NCBI GenBank assembly: GCA_051418015.1 | Contig: JBPRGF010000033.1 | Location: forward strand, 384,001 to 448,000 | Reading direction: 5' to 3' | DNA length: 64,000 nt | Origin: Candidatus Nitrospinota bacterium M3_3B_026 | GTDB lineage: Bacteria > Nitrospinota_A > UBA7883 > JBPRGF01 | Part shown: in pieces, positions 7,280-18,231 of the stretch | Layout of the letters: each line of letters begins with the position of its first letter | How positions within the stretch are numbered: position 1 is the first letter of the stretch | Notes under the pieces: model-generated | Databases searched by the model: none | Told to the model about the DNA's origin: nothing | Seen by the model: the letters and a program-made list of their open reading frames with translations, nothing else | Translations under genes and position numbers: made by a program

Positions 7280-8041
7280 CTAGACTACCATCCTCCTTCG
7301 CGTGAGCCTTACCGCCGCCCATGCAAGAAGCGCGGCGGCGATAAGCAAAAACAGCGCCGACGCCGCCAGAACGCCGTTATCGGTTCCGTGGAAAAAGTGG
7401 CGAAGGAGGGCGACGGAATGCGTCGCGGGAAGCGTCATCGAAAACCATCGGACAGGCGCGGGGAAGCCGTCCAGCGGGAAAAAGACGCCGGACAGAAAGA
7501 ACATCGGCGCTATGAACATCGTGAAGAAATAGTTGAAGAACTCATAGCTCGGCGCCACGGCGGAGAAACACATCGCCGCGCCGCCGAAGACGAAGCCGGT
7601 CAGGACCACGACGGCGATTATCCCCAGAAGCCCCGAGCCCGGGACGTAAAGCCCGGCGATGGTCATGATGACGAGCATCATCCCGGCGGAGATCATCGCC
7701 TTCGTCGCGCCCCACAGCATCTCGCCGAACACGAGGTCCGAAAGCGAGACGGGAGTGGCCAGGATGGAGTCGTAGGTTCGCTGGGTTGTCATGCGGGTGA
7801 AGGCGCCGAAGGTCAGCTCGAAAGCGGCGGAGTACATGGCGCTGGTGACGATCAGGCCGGGGGCGATGTACTTTATGTAGCTCATGCCCTCCATCTCCTT
7901 TATGTATCCGCCGAGCCCCAGCCCCATAGCGAACAGGTAGAAGATCGGCTCGCCGATGTTGCCGATGAGGCTGGCCTTGATGTGCGTCCTGTGGACCGTG
8001 AAGTTCCGTCTCCACACGTGGAGCGCGCGGTGGCTTACCAT
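7280..8041 (-). CDS. ABC-2 type permease (NodJ-like)
   Basis: EPIFYLFAMGLGLG, YIAPGLI, FFLSGVFFP; multiple TM segments. Confidence 0.9.
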   Translation of the reverse strand: MVSHRALHVWRRNFTVHRTHIKASLIGNIGEPIFYLFAMGLGLGGYIKEMEGMSYIKYIAPGLIVTSAMYSAAFELTFGAFTRMTTQRTYDSILATPVSLSDLVFGEMLWGATKAMISAGMMLVIMTIAGLYVPGSGLLGIIAVVVLTGFVFGGAAMCFSAVAPSYEFFNYFFTMFIAPMFFLSGVFFPLDGFPAPVRWFSMTLPATHSVALLRHFFHGTDNGVLAASALFLLIAAALLAWAAVRLTRRRMVV

Positions 8042-8044
8042 CGG

Positions 8045-8968
8045 CTAACCTCCGCTCTTTAACTCATGGCCGGTCATCTTCAGGAAAAGGTCTTCGAGGG
8101 TGGCCCGCCGCGAAAAGATCCGGACGCCCTCGATCCGCCCCAGCCTCTCCCGCGCCGCCCGCGCCCCGGCCCCGAAAACCAGGAAAGTCTCCGGCGTCCT
8201 GGTGAAATCCAGCTCCATGGCCAAAAGCTCTCTTTCAACCCCCTTCTCCCCGCCAAAAGGCGCGGCGGCCTCGATCACCTCCTCGCCTATCACCTCCTCC
8301 ACCAGCGCCGCGGGGCGGCCCGTCAGCAGTATTTTCCCGCCGTCCATGATGCCCACCCGATCCAGCAGCCGCTCCGCCTCTTCCATGTAGTGGGTGGTGA
8401 GCAGCAGGGTCACCCCCTCGTTTCTGAGGCTTTCGAGCTTTTGCCATATGACGCGCCTTGCCTGCGGGTCAAGCCCCGTGGTGGGCTCGTCCAGGATGAG
8501 GATCCGCGGGTTGTTGATAAGGGCGCGGGCGATGGTGAGCCTTCTTTTCATGCCGCCGGAGAGCGCCCGTATGCGCGTTCCGCTTTTTTCCTCCAGGTGA
8601 AGAAACTCCAGAAGCTTGAAGGCTCTCGCCCTCGCCTCGCGCCGCGGGATGTCGAAGTATCCCGCGTAGACCTCCAGGTTCTCTATGACGGCAAGGTCGG
8701 TGTCCAGGTTGTCCTCCTGGGGGGCGACGCCAAGGATCGCCTTTATCCTCCTGTCGTCTTCTCCCGCCCGCATCCCATCCACGGTGATGGAGCCGGAGGT
8801 TACGGGGGAGACGCACTGGATCATCTTCATGACGGAGGTCTTCCCCGCGCCGTTTGGGCCGAGGAACCCAAAAAACTCCCCCCGCTCGACGGTGAAGCTG
8901 ACATCGTCCACGGCGGTCAGGCCGCCGTAGCGTTTTACGACGTTTTCGCCCTCTACTATCGGCGGCAA
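8045..8968 (-). CDS. ABC transporter ATP-binding protein (NodI-like)
   Basis: GPNGAGKT, LSGGMKRR, ILDEPTTGLDPQAR, TTHYMEEAE. Confidence 0.93.
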   Translation of the reverse strand: MPPIVEGENVVKRYGGLTAVDDVSFTVERGEFFGFLGPNGAGKTSVMKMIQCVSPVTSGSITVDGMRAGEDDRRIKAILGVAPQEDNLDTDLAVIENLEVYAGYFDIPRREARARAFKLLEFLHLEEKSGTRIRALSGGMKRRLTIARALINNPRILILDEPTTGLDPQARRVIWQKLESLRNEGVTLLLTTHYMEEAERLLDRVGIMDGGKILLTGRPAALVEEVIGEEVIEAAAPFGGEKGVERELLAMELDFTRTPETFLVFGAGARAARERLGRIEGVRIFSRRATLEDLFLKMTGHELKSGG

Positions 8969-8970
8969 CT

Positions 8971-9624
8971 TCAGGCTTTCGGCTTGGGGACCTTCTCCCA
9001 GTCCGCCAGGAACCGCTCTATCCCTATGTCGGTCAACGGATGCTTCGCGAGCTGCTTTATGACGGCGAAGGGGATGGTGGCCACGTCCGCGCCCATCCGG
9101 GCCGCTTCGAGCACGTGCAGGGGGTTGCGGATGGAGGCGACGATCACCTCCGTCGAGAAGCCGTAGTTTGAGTATATCTCCAGTATCTGCCCCACGATCT
9201 CCATCCCCGTGTGGGCGATGTCGTCCAGCCTGCCGACGAAGGGTGAGACATAGGTCGCGCCCGCCTTGGCGGCGAGGATGGCCTGGTTGGGGGAAAAGAT
9301 CAGCGTCATGTTTGTTTTGATCCCCTCGCCGGACAGGACTTTCACGGCCTTGAGGCCCTCGGTGGTCATGGGTATCTTCACGACTATGTTGTCGTGTATC
9401 CCGGCGAGGCTTCTCGCCTCCTGTATCATGCCGTCCGCCTCCAGCGATATCGCCTCGGCGCTGATTGGGCCGTTGACCTCGGCCACTATCTCGGAGATGA
9501 CGGTCTGGAAATCCTTGCCCGTCTTGGAAACGAGGGAAGGGTTGGTGGTGACGCCGTCTATGACGCCCAGGGAGTTTGCCTCGCGTATCTCGTTTATGTC
9601 GGCGGTGTCGATAAAAATCTTCAT
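8971..9624 (-). CDS. tal: Transaldolase / fructose-6-phosphate aldolase family
   Basis: [40 protein letters not shown]. Confidence 0.95.
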   Translation of the reverse strand: MKIFIDTADINEIREANSLGVIDGVTTNPSLVSKTGKDFQTVISEIVAEVNGPISAEAISLEADGMIQEARSLAGIHDNIVVKIPMTTEGLKAVKVLSGEGIKTNMTLIFSPNQAILAAKAGATYVSPFVGRLDDIAHTGMEIVGQILEIYSNYGFSTEVIVASIRNPLHVLEAARMGADVATIPFAVIKQLAKHPLTDIGIERFLADWEKVPKPKA

Positions 9625-9762
9625 CTGGAACGTCTCCCCAAAAAAACAGGGCCGCCCGGCGGGAGCCTCGAAAAAAATGGATGCGCTTTGTAAAGCCCCT
9701 ATTATATTGAAGGAGAGCCGCCGGTCAACGCCTTCAGCGGATTTTCCCCGGCCGGGGGCGGA

Positions 9763-10650
9763 TCAGTTCCTCGCGAAGACGGTCACCATGTCCCGGCCGC
9801 CGGCCTTGGAGGCGTAGAGGGCCGCGTCGGCGGCGCTTATGATCTCCTCGGCGCTGGCGCCGTCGCATGGGCACTCGGCTATCCCACCGCTGAAACCTAT
9901 CCTCACTCCACCGTTGCTGGAGACGCTCAACCCGTTGTTTTTCAACCCGGAGCGCAGCCTCTCCAGCGGCGTCACCGCGTTGTTCTTGTTCGTCTCGGGC
10001 AAGATCAGCAGAAACTCCTCGCCGCAAAACCGCCCCACCATGTCCAACGCCCGCAGGTTGCCCACCACGTACCGGGCCAGGCTCCGCAGGATCTTGTCGC
10101 CGACGACGTGGCCGTGGGCCTCGTTGACCCTTTTAAACTCATCGATGTCTATCATGGCCAGCGAGAAGGAGCGGTTGAACCTCAGGCTCCTGTTTATTTC
10201 GCTGTTGAGCCGCGCCTCGATGGCGCCACGGTTCAGAAGGCCCGTCAGCGTGTCCTTTACGGACTCGCGCTTGAGCCTGCCGACCCGTTTCAGGATCACC
10301 TTGATCCGGGCCAAAAGCTCGTCTATGACGAAAGGTTTTATGAGATAGTCGTCTCCGCCGAGCATGAAGCTCAACAGCTTTTCCTCCACGGAGTCGGTCG
10401 GGGATATGAATATCACGGGGATGTCCGACTGCGCCTCGGACCTCAGCTTGCGGCAGAACTCGTAGCCGGTCATGTCCGACATGGCCGCGTCGGCGATTAT
10501 TATCTCCGGCGGCGTCTCGTACAGCATCCGTAACGCCCTGTCGCCACTATCCATGGTCAGGGTGGAATATCCTGAAAAAACAAGACGCTCCTCAATGTGC
10601 GCCAGCAACGGCGCCTTGATCCCTACGAGAAATATCTTATGGCCGGCCAT
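9763..10650 (-). CDS. Response regulator receiver + diguanylate cyclase (GGDEF) domain protein
   Basis: REC domain (DDYLIKPF); DTLTGLLNR, DIDEFKRVN..HGH..GD, RALD I-site, RFCGEEF, ADAALYASK. Confidence 0.92.
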   Translation of the reverse strand: MAGHKIFLVGIKAPLLAHIEERLVFSGYSTLTMDSGDRALRMLYETPPEIIIADAAMSDMTGYEFCRKLRSEAQSDIPVIFISPTDSVEEKLLSFMLGGDDYLIKPFVIDELLARIKVILKRVGRLKRESVKDTLTGLLNRGAIEARLNSEINRSLRFNRSFSLAMIDIDEFKRVNEAHGHVVGDKILRSLARYVVGNLRALDMVGRFCGEEFLLILPETNKNNAVTPLERLRSGLKNNGLSVSSNGGVRIGFSGGIAECPCDGASAEEIISAADAALYASKAGGRDMVTVFARN

Positions 10651-10866
10651 GTTTCCCCGCTCTTTATGTGGTTGGCTGTTCTCCCGCTGAAAACCCGTTG
10701 CATATAATTTGATCTTAATTAGCGCTAATTGTATCAGTTTTTGGTTAAAATGAAAGCCTTTTTTCGGTAATTATATACAATTGGCGCCAGTTAGTATAAA
10801 AAGATCGAAAATTTCAAGGGCCGACGGCCCCGGTGGGGAAATGGCGAGCCGGGCGGAACGGGGTTT

Positions 10867-11628
10867 TTATCTTACGGTGAGCCTCATTCCGTCCTCGCCC
10901 ACGACGATCTCGCCTTCGTAGCCCGCGGCGCGGACGGCGTCAGCCGCTATGGCGGTATCCACCTCGGGGTAGAAATGGGTCAGCGCCATTTTTTTCGCGC
11001 TGGACTCGGCGCCGACCCTGGCGGCCTCCGACGGCGTCAGGTGCCCTTCCATTCCACGCCCGTCCGGGCTCGAGCATTCGATCAGCAGCAGGTCCGCCTC
11101 CCTGGCAAGCTCCACGATCTCGCCGCAGTAGCCCGTGTCGCCTGAGTAGGCGAAGACGGGGCCGCCGTCTTTTTCGAACCGGTATCCCAGGGCGTTCGCC
11201 CCATGGGCCACCGGCAGGGAGCGGATAGACCCGCCGGGGATTTCAAGCGATGTCTCCCACATCTCCACTATCTTAACATCGTAATCGTCCGACAATATCC
11301 ACTGGCCGTAGACCTCCAGAAGCTTTTCGTAGACAACCTTGAAGCCTTCCGGCGCTATTATTTTCACGCCCCGCTTCTGGGCGGCCGGCTGGCAGTTTTT
11401 ATAGCTGAAAAGGTATGGCATAAGGTCCGAGCAGTGGTCCAGATGGTGGTGGGTGATAACAATCGCCTCGACGCTGAAGGGGTCTATCCCCGCCGCGGCC
11501 ATGCGGCCGAGCGCCCCCGGGCCAGGGTCGATCAGGAACCTGGACGGCCCGGCGGAAAGGAAGTAGCAGGCAGGCGTCCTGGACGGGCTGGGAGCGCACG
11601 TCCCCGTCCCCAGCAGCGCAAGCTCCAT
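10867..11628 (-). CDS. MBL-fold metallohydrolase (RNase Z/BN-like)
   Basis: LLGTG, THHHLDH, YSGDT, GHLTP, LTHFYP. Confidence 0.88.
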   Translation of the reverse strand: MELALLGTGTCAPSPSRTPACYFLSAGPSRFLIDPGPGALGRMAAAGIDPFSVEAIVITHHHLDHCSDLMPYLFSYKNCQPAAQKRGVKIIAPEGFKVVYEKLLEVYGQWILSDDYDVKIVEMWETSLEIPGGSIRSLPVAHGANALGYRFEKDGGPVFAYSGDTGYCGEIVELAREADLLLIECSSPDGRGMEGHLTPSEAARVGAESSAKKMALTHFYPEVDTAIAADAVRAAGYEGEIVVGEDGMRLTVR

Positions 11629-12974
11629 CAGCGTCCCGCCAGGAGGCGCTCCAGGGAGCCTGTGTGGTAGCGGCCCGTCAAAAAATCCTCGGAGCCGATG
11701 ACGTCCAGGCTCAGGGGTATGGTGGTCTTGATCCCGGCGATGTGAAACTCCGACAGGGCCCTGTTCATCTTGGTCAGCGCTTCGTCCCTGTCTATGCCGT
11801 GGACTATGAGCTTGGCGATCAGCGAATCGTAGTACGGCAGAACGTCGCAGTCGTTGTAGAGGGCGGTGTCCACCCGCACCCCCGGCCCGCCGGGGATGTT
11901 CAGCCCCGTGACGCGCCCGGCGCAGGGCGCCCCCTTGTATGGGTCCTCCGCGTTAACCCTGCACTCGATGCTGTGGCCGTATATCTTGATGTCCTCCTGC
12001 CGGTACCGCAGGTTCTCGCCCGCGGCGATGCGTATCTGCTCCTTGACAAGGTCCAGCCCCGTCACGCATTCCGTCACCGTGTGCTCCACCTGTATCCTGG
12101 TGTTCATCTCGATGAAATAGAAGTCCCCCTCCTCCCTGTCGAGCAGAAACTCCACCGTGCCCAGGCTGTGATACCCTATGTGGCCGACGAGCTTTATGGC
12201 GCTTTCTTCCATCCGCTCCCTGACCCCGTCGTCGATCCCCGGCGCCGGGGCCTCCTCGATCAGCTTCTGGTGCCGGCGCTGGATGGAGCAGTCCCTCTCG
12301 CCCAGGTGGACGACCTCCCCGTGGGTGTCGGCCATCACCTGTATCTCTATGTGCTTGGGGTCTTTTATGTATTTTTCCAGGTAGATCCCAGGGTCGCCGA
12401 AAGCCGTCGCCGCCTCGGACCGGACAACGTCAAAAGCCGACCGCAGCTCCCTCTCCCCCCACAGGACCCGCATCCCGCGCCCGCCGCCGCCCGCCGCGGC
12501 TTTCAGCATCAGCGGGTAGCCTATTTCTTCCGCCACCGAGACGGCCTCGTCGAGCGTGTTGACGTTGCCCTTCGAGCCGGGGATCACCGGCACGCCGCAA
12601 TCCCGCGCCGTGGCCCGGGCCACGGACTTGTGGCCCATGTCATCGATATGCTTTGGGGCGGGGCCGATGAACGTGATGTTGCAGGACCTGCACACCTCGG
12701 CGAAGCTCGCGTTCTCCGCCAGGTATCCATAGCCGGGGTGTATGGCGTCCGCGTCGGTCACCTCCGCGGCGCTTATGATGGCCGGGACGTTCAGGTAGCT
12801 TTCGGAGCTTCGCGGACCGCCTATACAGACCGACTTGTCAGCGAAACGCACGTGCAGGGCGCGCTCGTCGGCCGTGGAATGGACGGCGACGGTCTCTATC
12901 CCCAGCTCCTTGCAGGCGCGGATCACCCTTATGGCTATCTCGCCGCGGTTGGCTATCAGTATTCTTTTGAACAT
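11628..12974 (-). CDS. accC: Acetyl-CoA carboxylase biotin carboxylase subunit
   Basis: ILIANRGEIA, IHPGYGYLAEN, GGGGRGMR, EMNTRIQVEH, YYDSLIAKL. Confidence 0.97.
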   Translation of the reverse strand: MFKRILIANRGEIAIRVIRACKELGIETVAVHSTADERALHVRFADKSVCIGGPRSSESYLNVPAIISAAEVTDADAIHPGYGYLAENASFAEVCRSCNITFIGPAPKHIDDMGHKSVARATARDCGVPVIPGSKGNVNTLDEAVSVAEEIGYPLMLKAAAGGGGRGMRVLWGERELRSAFDVVRSEAATAFGDPGIYLEKYIKDPKHIEIQVMADTHGEVVHLGERDCSIQRRHQKLIEEAPAPGIDDGVRERMEESAIKLVGHIGYHSLGTVEFLLDREEGDFYFIEMNTRIQVEHTVTECVTGLDLVKEQIRIAAGENLRYRQEDIKIYGHSIECRVNAEDPYKGAPCAGRVTGLNIPGGPGVRVDTALYNDCDVLPYYDSLIAKLIVHGIDRDEALTKMNRALSEFHIAGIKTTIPLSLDVIGSEDFLTGRYHTGSLERLLAGR

Positions 12975-13018
12975 GGCGGGCGGGGGGCCTTTTCAGTCTT
13001 TGCGAAAAAGAGCGGCCC

Positions 13019-13462
13019 TCAGGCCGGCTCCACCTCGAAAAGCGGCTCGCCGAACTCCACCGGCTTGCCGTTTTCCGGGAATATCCTGACGACCTTCCCC
13101 GATATGTCGCTTTCTATCTCGTTCATGAGCTTCATGGCCTCTATTATGCAAAGGACGTCGCCTTTTCTCACGGTGTCCCCCTCGTCCACGAAGGGCGGAC
13201 TGGTCGGCGAAGGGGCGCGGTAGAACGTGCCCACCATGGGTGATTTTATGACGTGGCCTGATGGCTCCGCCTCGGCCTTCGCCTCCATGGCCGGCTCTGG
13301 CTCGCGGGCGGCCGGAGGGGGCGCTGGTTGCGCCTGCGGAACGAAGTGGATGTTTTCTCCCTTCTTCAGACGTACGCGCCATCCCTCCTGTTCAAGCTCC
13401 AGCTCGGACATCTCGCTGTTCTCGAACAGCTTTACAAGCTTTTTAAGCTCGGAAAGGTTCAT
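13019..13462 (-). CDS. accB: Biotin carboxyl carrier protein
   Basis: [23 protein letters not shown] biotinylation motif. Confidence 0.97.
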   Translation of the reverse strand: MNLSELKKLVKLFENSEMSELELEQEGWRVRLKKGENIHFVPQAQPAPPPAAREPEPAMEAKAEAEPSGHVIKSPMVGTFYRAPSPTSPPFVDEGDTVRKGDVLCIIEAMKLMNEIESDISGKVVRIFPENGKPVEFGEPLFEVEPA

Positions 13463-13570
13463 GACTATCCCGTTTCGTGTTCGATTTTTCCAAATCCCCC
13501 GCCTCGGCGCGAAGGCGGCGTTATTTTAACTTTTATCGGGCGCGAATGGAAGCGAATCGGGATAATAAAC

Positions 13571-13750
13571 CCTGATTCCCGGTTAATAGGTGGAGAAAAG
13601 TGAGTTGTCACGCTAACAGAGATTTTCTCGCTTTCACATCCTCTCCCTCGACGGGGGAGGACTGAGGTGGGGGCGTTATTTAATTTTTTCTCCTCCCCTT
13701 TTTCCCCTCCCTCCGGGGGAGGGGATGAGACGCTTATCCGGGAATCAGGA
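13571..13750. mobile_element. MITE-like non-autonomous element (~180 bp)
   Basis: TIRs CCTGATTCCCGGTTAA (13571-13586) / TTATCCGGGAATCAGG (13734-13749), 15/16 match; flanked by direct repeat GATAATAAAC (13561-13570, 13751-13760). Confidence 0.85.
13639..13725. repeat. Two REP-like GC hairpins inside the MITE
   Basis: tcctctccc-tcgac-gggggagga and tcccctccc-tccgg-gggagggga. Confidence 0.7.
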
Positions 13751-13866
13751 GATAATAAACGTTCAGACGGCTGATCCTCGGCGCGGAGCGGACGGCGTTG
13801 ACGCCCAGGGGCGCGAGGGGTAGAGTTTACGGACGAAACGGAAAACACGAAAGCCGGGAAAACGAT

Positions 13867-15390
13867 ATGGAAAAAAGACTTCTCCTGCTCATCCTCGACG
13901 GATGGGGAATCTCCGATAAAAAGGAATGGAACGCCATTGAAAAAGGCGACACGCCGGTCCTCGACAGGTTGAACAAAGAGAATCCGTATACGCTCGTCCA
14001 CGCCTCCGAAGAGGAGGTGGGCCTTCCCGCCGGGCAGATGGGCAACTCCGAGGTGGGGCATCTGAACATCGGCGCGGGACGCGTCGTATACCAGGATTTT
14101 TTGAGGATCACCAAGGCCATCGAGGACGGGGCCATATACGATAACGAGAAACTGAAGGGCGCGGCCATGAGGGCCGCAGAGAAAAACTCCGCCCTCCATT
14201 TCCTCGGCCTGCTCTCCGACGGCGGGGTCCACAGCCACATCGGCCACCTGGAGGCTTTGCTGGACCTGGCAAAGAGCGTCGGGGCCTCCAAGGTCTTCGT
14301 CCATGCCTTCATGGACGGCAGGGACACATCCCCCACCGCCGGGGTGAAATACATAAAACGTCTCGAGGGCCACATGAGCCGCGCCGGGGTGGGAGCGATC
14401 GCCACCGTCCAGGGAAGGTTCTACGCCATGGACCGCGACAGGCGCTGGGACAGGGTGGAGAAAGCCTACAACCTCATGGTCCGCGGCGAGGGCCACAGGT
14501 TCGAATCCGCCGTCGAGGCCGTCCGGTCGGGCTATGAGCACGGCGTGACCGACGAGTTCATCGAGCCGAGCGTGATAGTGGACGGCGACGGAGAGCCGAA
14601 GGGACTTATAGGAGACGGCGACGAGGTGATCATGTTCAACTTCCGCGCCGACAGGATGAGGCAGATCGTCCACGCCCTTTACGACCCGTCGTTCCACGAG
14701 TTCCGGCGCGATCCCCGGCCGGAAGTCAACGTGACCTGCCTGACTGAATACGACGCCACCTTCGGCCTGCCTGCGGCCTTCGAGCCCGCGGCGCCGAAAC
14801 GCGGCCTGGGGCAGGTCTTGTCGGAAAACAACGTCCCCCAGCTTCGGACGGCGGAGACGGAAAAATACGCCCACGTCACCTTCTTTTTCAACGGCGGCGT
14901 GGAGAAGCCATTCCAGGGCGAAAGCAGAAAGCTTATCGCATCGCCGCACGTCAGGACTTACGACCTGAAGCCGGAGATGAGCTGCCCGGAGGTCACGGAC
15001 ACGATCATAGCCGCCCTGAAGTCTGGAGAATACGGGGTGATAATCGCAAACCTGGCCAACGGCGACATGGTGGGGCACACCGGGGTGTGGGAGGCGGCCC
15101 TGAAAGCGGTCAACGTCGTCGACCAGAGCGTTGGCCGAGTCATAAAAGCGTGCGAAGAGACCGGGGTGGAGCTTTTAATCACGGCCGATCATGGCAACAT
15201 CGAAACGATGAAAGTGGACGGCGAACCCATGACGGCGCACACCACGAACCCCGTTCCCTTCTATTACATAGGCCCCGGCTCGTACAAAAAACGCGAAGGC
15301 GGCCGCCTTGCGGACATCGCGCCGACGATGCTGAAGCTTCTGGGCCTGCCCAAGCCGGACGACATGACCGGCGAGCCCCTGCTTGTCTGA
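13867..15390 (+). CDS. gpmI: 2,3-bisphosphoglycerate-independent phosphoglycerate mutase
   Basis: LILDGWG, GQMGNSEVGH, GGVHSH, AETEKYAHVTFF, DMVGHTG, TADHGN. Confidence 0.97.
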   Translation: MEKRLLLLILDGWGISDKKEWNAIEKGDTPVLDRLNKENPYTLVHASEEEVGLPAGQMGNSEVGHLNIGAGRVVYQDFLRITKAIEDGAIYDNEKLKGAAMRAAEKNSALHFLGLLSDGGVHSHIGHLEALLDLAKSVGASKVFVHAFMDGRDTSPTAGVKYIKRLEGHMSRAGVGAIATVQGRFYAMDRDRRWDRVEKAYNLMVRGEGHRFESAVEAVRSGYEHGVTDEFIEPSVIVDGDGEPKGLIGDGDEVIMFNFRADRMRQIVHALYDPSFHEFRRDPRPEVNVTCLTEYDATFGLPAAFEPAAPKRGLGQVLSENNVPQLRTAETEKYAHVTFFFNGGVEKPFQGESRKLIASPHVRTYDLKPEMSCPEVTDTIIAALKSGEYGVIIANLANGDMVGHTGVWEAALKAVNVVDQSVGRVIKACEETGVELLITADHGNIETMKVDGEPMTAHTTNPVPFYYIGPGSYKKREGGRLADIAPTMLKLLGLPKPDDMTGEPLLV

Positions 15391-15432
15391 AAGCCATCGC
15401 CGCCTGGAGGCGGCGGGCGGCGGCCCCCTGCC

Positions 15433-16443
15433 CTACTCTTCCAGGAGCCCTTCGGCGATCTGGACAGCGTTCAGCGCGGCGCCTTTGCGGATGTTGTCCG
15501 CCACGACCCACATGTCCAGCCCGTTGGCGACGGTTTCGTCCTCCCGGATCCTCCCCACAAAGACGGGATCCTTGCCAGCTGCGTCGACAGGCGTCGGGTA
15601 TTTCAGCTCGTCGGGGTCGTCGATAACCTCCACGCCGGACGCTTTTGACAGAATCTTTCGCGCCTCGGCGGCGCTGATGGGCCGCTCGAACTCGACGTTC
15701 ACGGCCTCCCCGTGGCCGTAGAAGACCGGCACGCGGACGCAGGTCGCGGTGACCTTGATCGAGTCGTCCTCCATGATCTTTTTCGTCTCGTTGACCATTT
15801 TCAGCTCTTCCTTCGTACTCCCGCCTTCCATGAAGTCGTCGATGTGAGGCAGAAGGTTGAAGGCTATCTGGCGCGGATACGCCTTCGGCTCGATCTCCTT
15901 GAAGCTGAAGATGTCGCGGGTCTGGCTCGAAAGCTCCTCCATCGCCCCCTTGCCGGAGCCGGAGACGGACTGGTAGGTGCTTACCACCACCCGCCTGATC
16001 TTCGCCTCGTCATGGAGCGGTTTCAGCGCCACGACCATCTGGATCGTCGAGCAGTTGGGGTTGGCGATGATCCCGCTGTGATGGCGGATCATATGCGGGT
16101 TCACCTCCGGCACGACCAGCGGCACGTCGTATTCCATGCGGAACGCGCTGGAGTTGTCGATCACCACTGCGCCCGCGTCCACGGCCGACGGGGCGAACTC
16201 GCGGCTTCGCGCCGCCCCGGCGGAAAAGAGCGCTATGTCTATCCCCTCGAAGGAGTCATGGGAAAGCTCCTCTACGGTGTACTCATCGCCCTTTAACGTG
16301 ACCGAGGATCCCGCCGAGCGGCTCGACGCCAGCGGACGCAGAACGCCCACGGGGAAATTCCGCTGCTCCAGTATCCTTATCATCTCCTCGCCGACGGCGC
16401 CCGTGGCCCCGGCGACGGCGACGTTTACCAGGTTTTTTGTCAT
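15433..16443 (-). CDS. asd: Aspartate-semialdehyde dehydrogenase
   Basis: GATGAVG, IANPNCSTIQ, TCVRVPV, DNIRKGAALNAVQIAE. Confidence 0.97.
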   Translation of the reverse strand: MTKNLVNVAVAGATGAVGEEMIRILEQRNFPVGVLRPLASSRSAGSSVTLKGDEYTVEELSHDSFEGIDIALFSAGAARSREFAPSAVDAGAVVIDNSSAFRMEYDVPLVVPEVNPHMIRHHSGIIANPNCSTIQMVVALKPLHDEAKIRRVVVSTYQSVSGSGKGAMEELSSQTRDIFSFKEIEPKAYPRQIAFNLLPHIDDFMEGGSTKEELKMVNETKKIMEDDSIKVTATCVRVPVFYGHGEAVNVEFERPISAAEARKILSKASGVEVIDDPDELKYPTPVDAAGKDPVFVGRIREDETVANGLDMWVVADNIRKGAALNAVQIAEGLLEE

Positions 16444-16447
16444 GCGT

Positions 16448-17524
<1,077 letters not shown>

Positions 17525-17779
17525 CTTTAATATCCTCCCAAAAAGGAAAACAGTGTATCAGGTTGTCTCGAGCCGATGCAACGGTTATGGCGCGGAAGAA
17601 TATTATTGCGGAATAACCCTCGAAATAACAGCCAGATACTGCTTATTTTTAAGCCAATATATTATGCTATAAGATTTATTTGACTGAAATCATGGGCCTT
17701 AGCTTTCATTATTTACATTAATTTATCATAATTGTCTTATAGTTATATGCTTTGCTTAATTAACTGTATGTAATTTATC

Positions 17780-17807
17780 TTGACTTCTTTGGTCAATAGG
17801 CTATGCT
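17780..17807 (+). promoter_or_regulatory. Sigma70-type promoter overlapped by a TTGAC-N7-GTCAA palindrome
   Basis: TTGACT-16 nt-TATGCT; palindrome 17780-17796; AT-rich region. Confidence 0.55.
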
Positions 17808-17861
17808 GGGGATGTGGACATTTGATCACTTTTTATTTTTCATTAATGTTTTATGAGAACG

Positions 17862-18086
17862 ATGGCCAAAGAGATCAACCGGAAGAAGATGAAGGCCCCG
17901 AACAGGGTCAAGGAATACCGCGACAACCTGATGATGTCGAAAGCGGAGCTTGCCCGCAAGGCCGGCATTTCCGTGCAGACCCTGAACAGGATCGAGCGCG
18001 GCGAGGTCTGCCGTGTCGACACGCAGCGGAAAATCCTGGAAGCCCTGAACCTGAAGGTGGAGGAGAAGGACAAAATCTTCGGTTAG
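17862..18086 (+). CDS. Small XRE-family helix-turn-helix regulator
   Basis: NRVKEYR..LMMSKAELARKAGISVQTLNRIERG..CRVDTQRKI; alternative start at 17853. Confidence 0.9.
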   Translation: MAKEINRKKMKAPNRVKEYRDNLMMSKAELARKAGISVQTLNRIERGEVCRVDTQRKILEALNLKVEEKDKIFG

Positions 18087-18231
18087 CCCGGGCTTTCCTT
18101 CCATTGCGCCTCCTTCGGACCAGAAGCCTATTCCCCTTGGCGGGGGAACCCCCTTTTCAGATGTTCGGATGAAATATCCTCTTTAACATACGCTTTGGGA
18201 TCGAGTATCATTCCCTTCTGGTTTTTTGAAA

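Noticed and set aside
17640..17850. AT-rich region as a replication origin
   Set aside because: No cluster of DnaA boxes and no dnaA/gidA context; better explained as a regulator promoter
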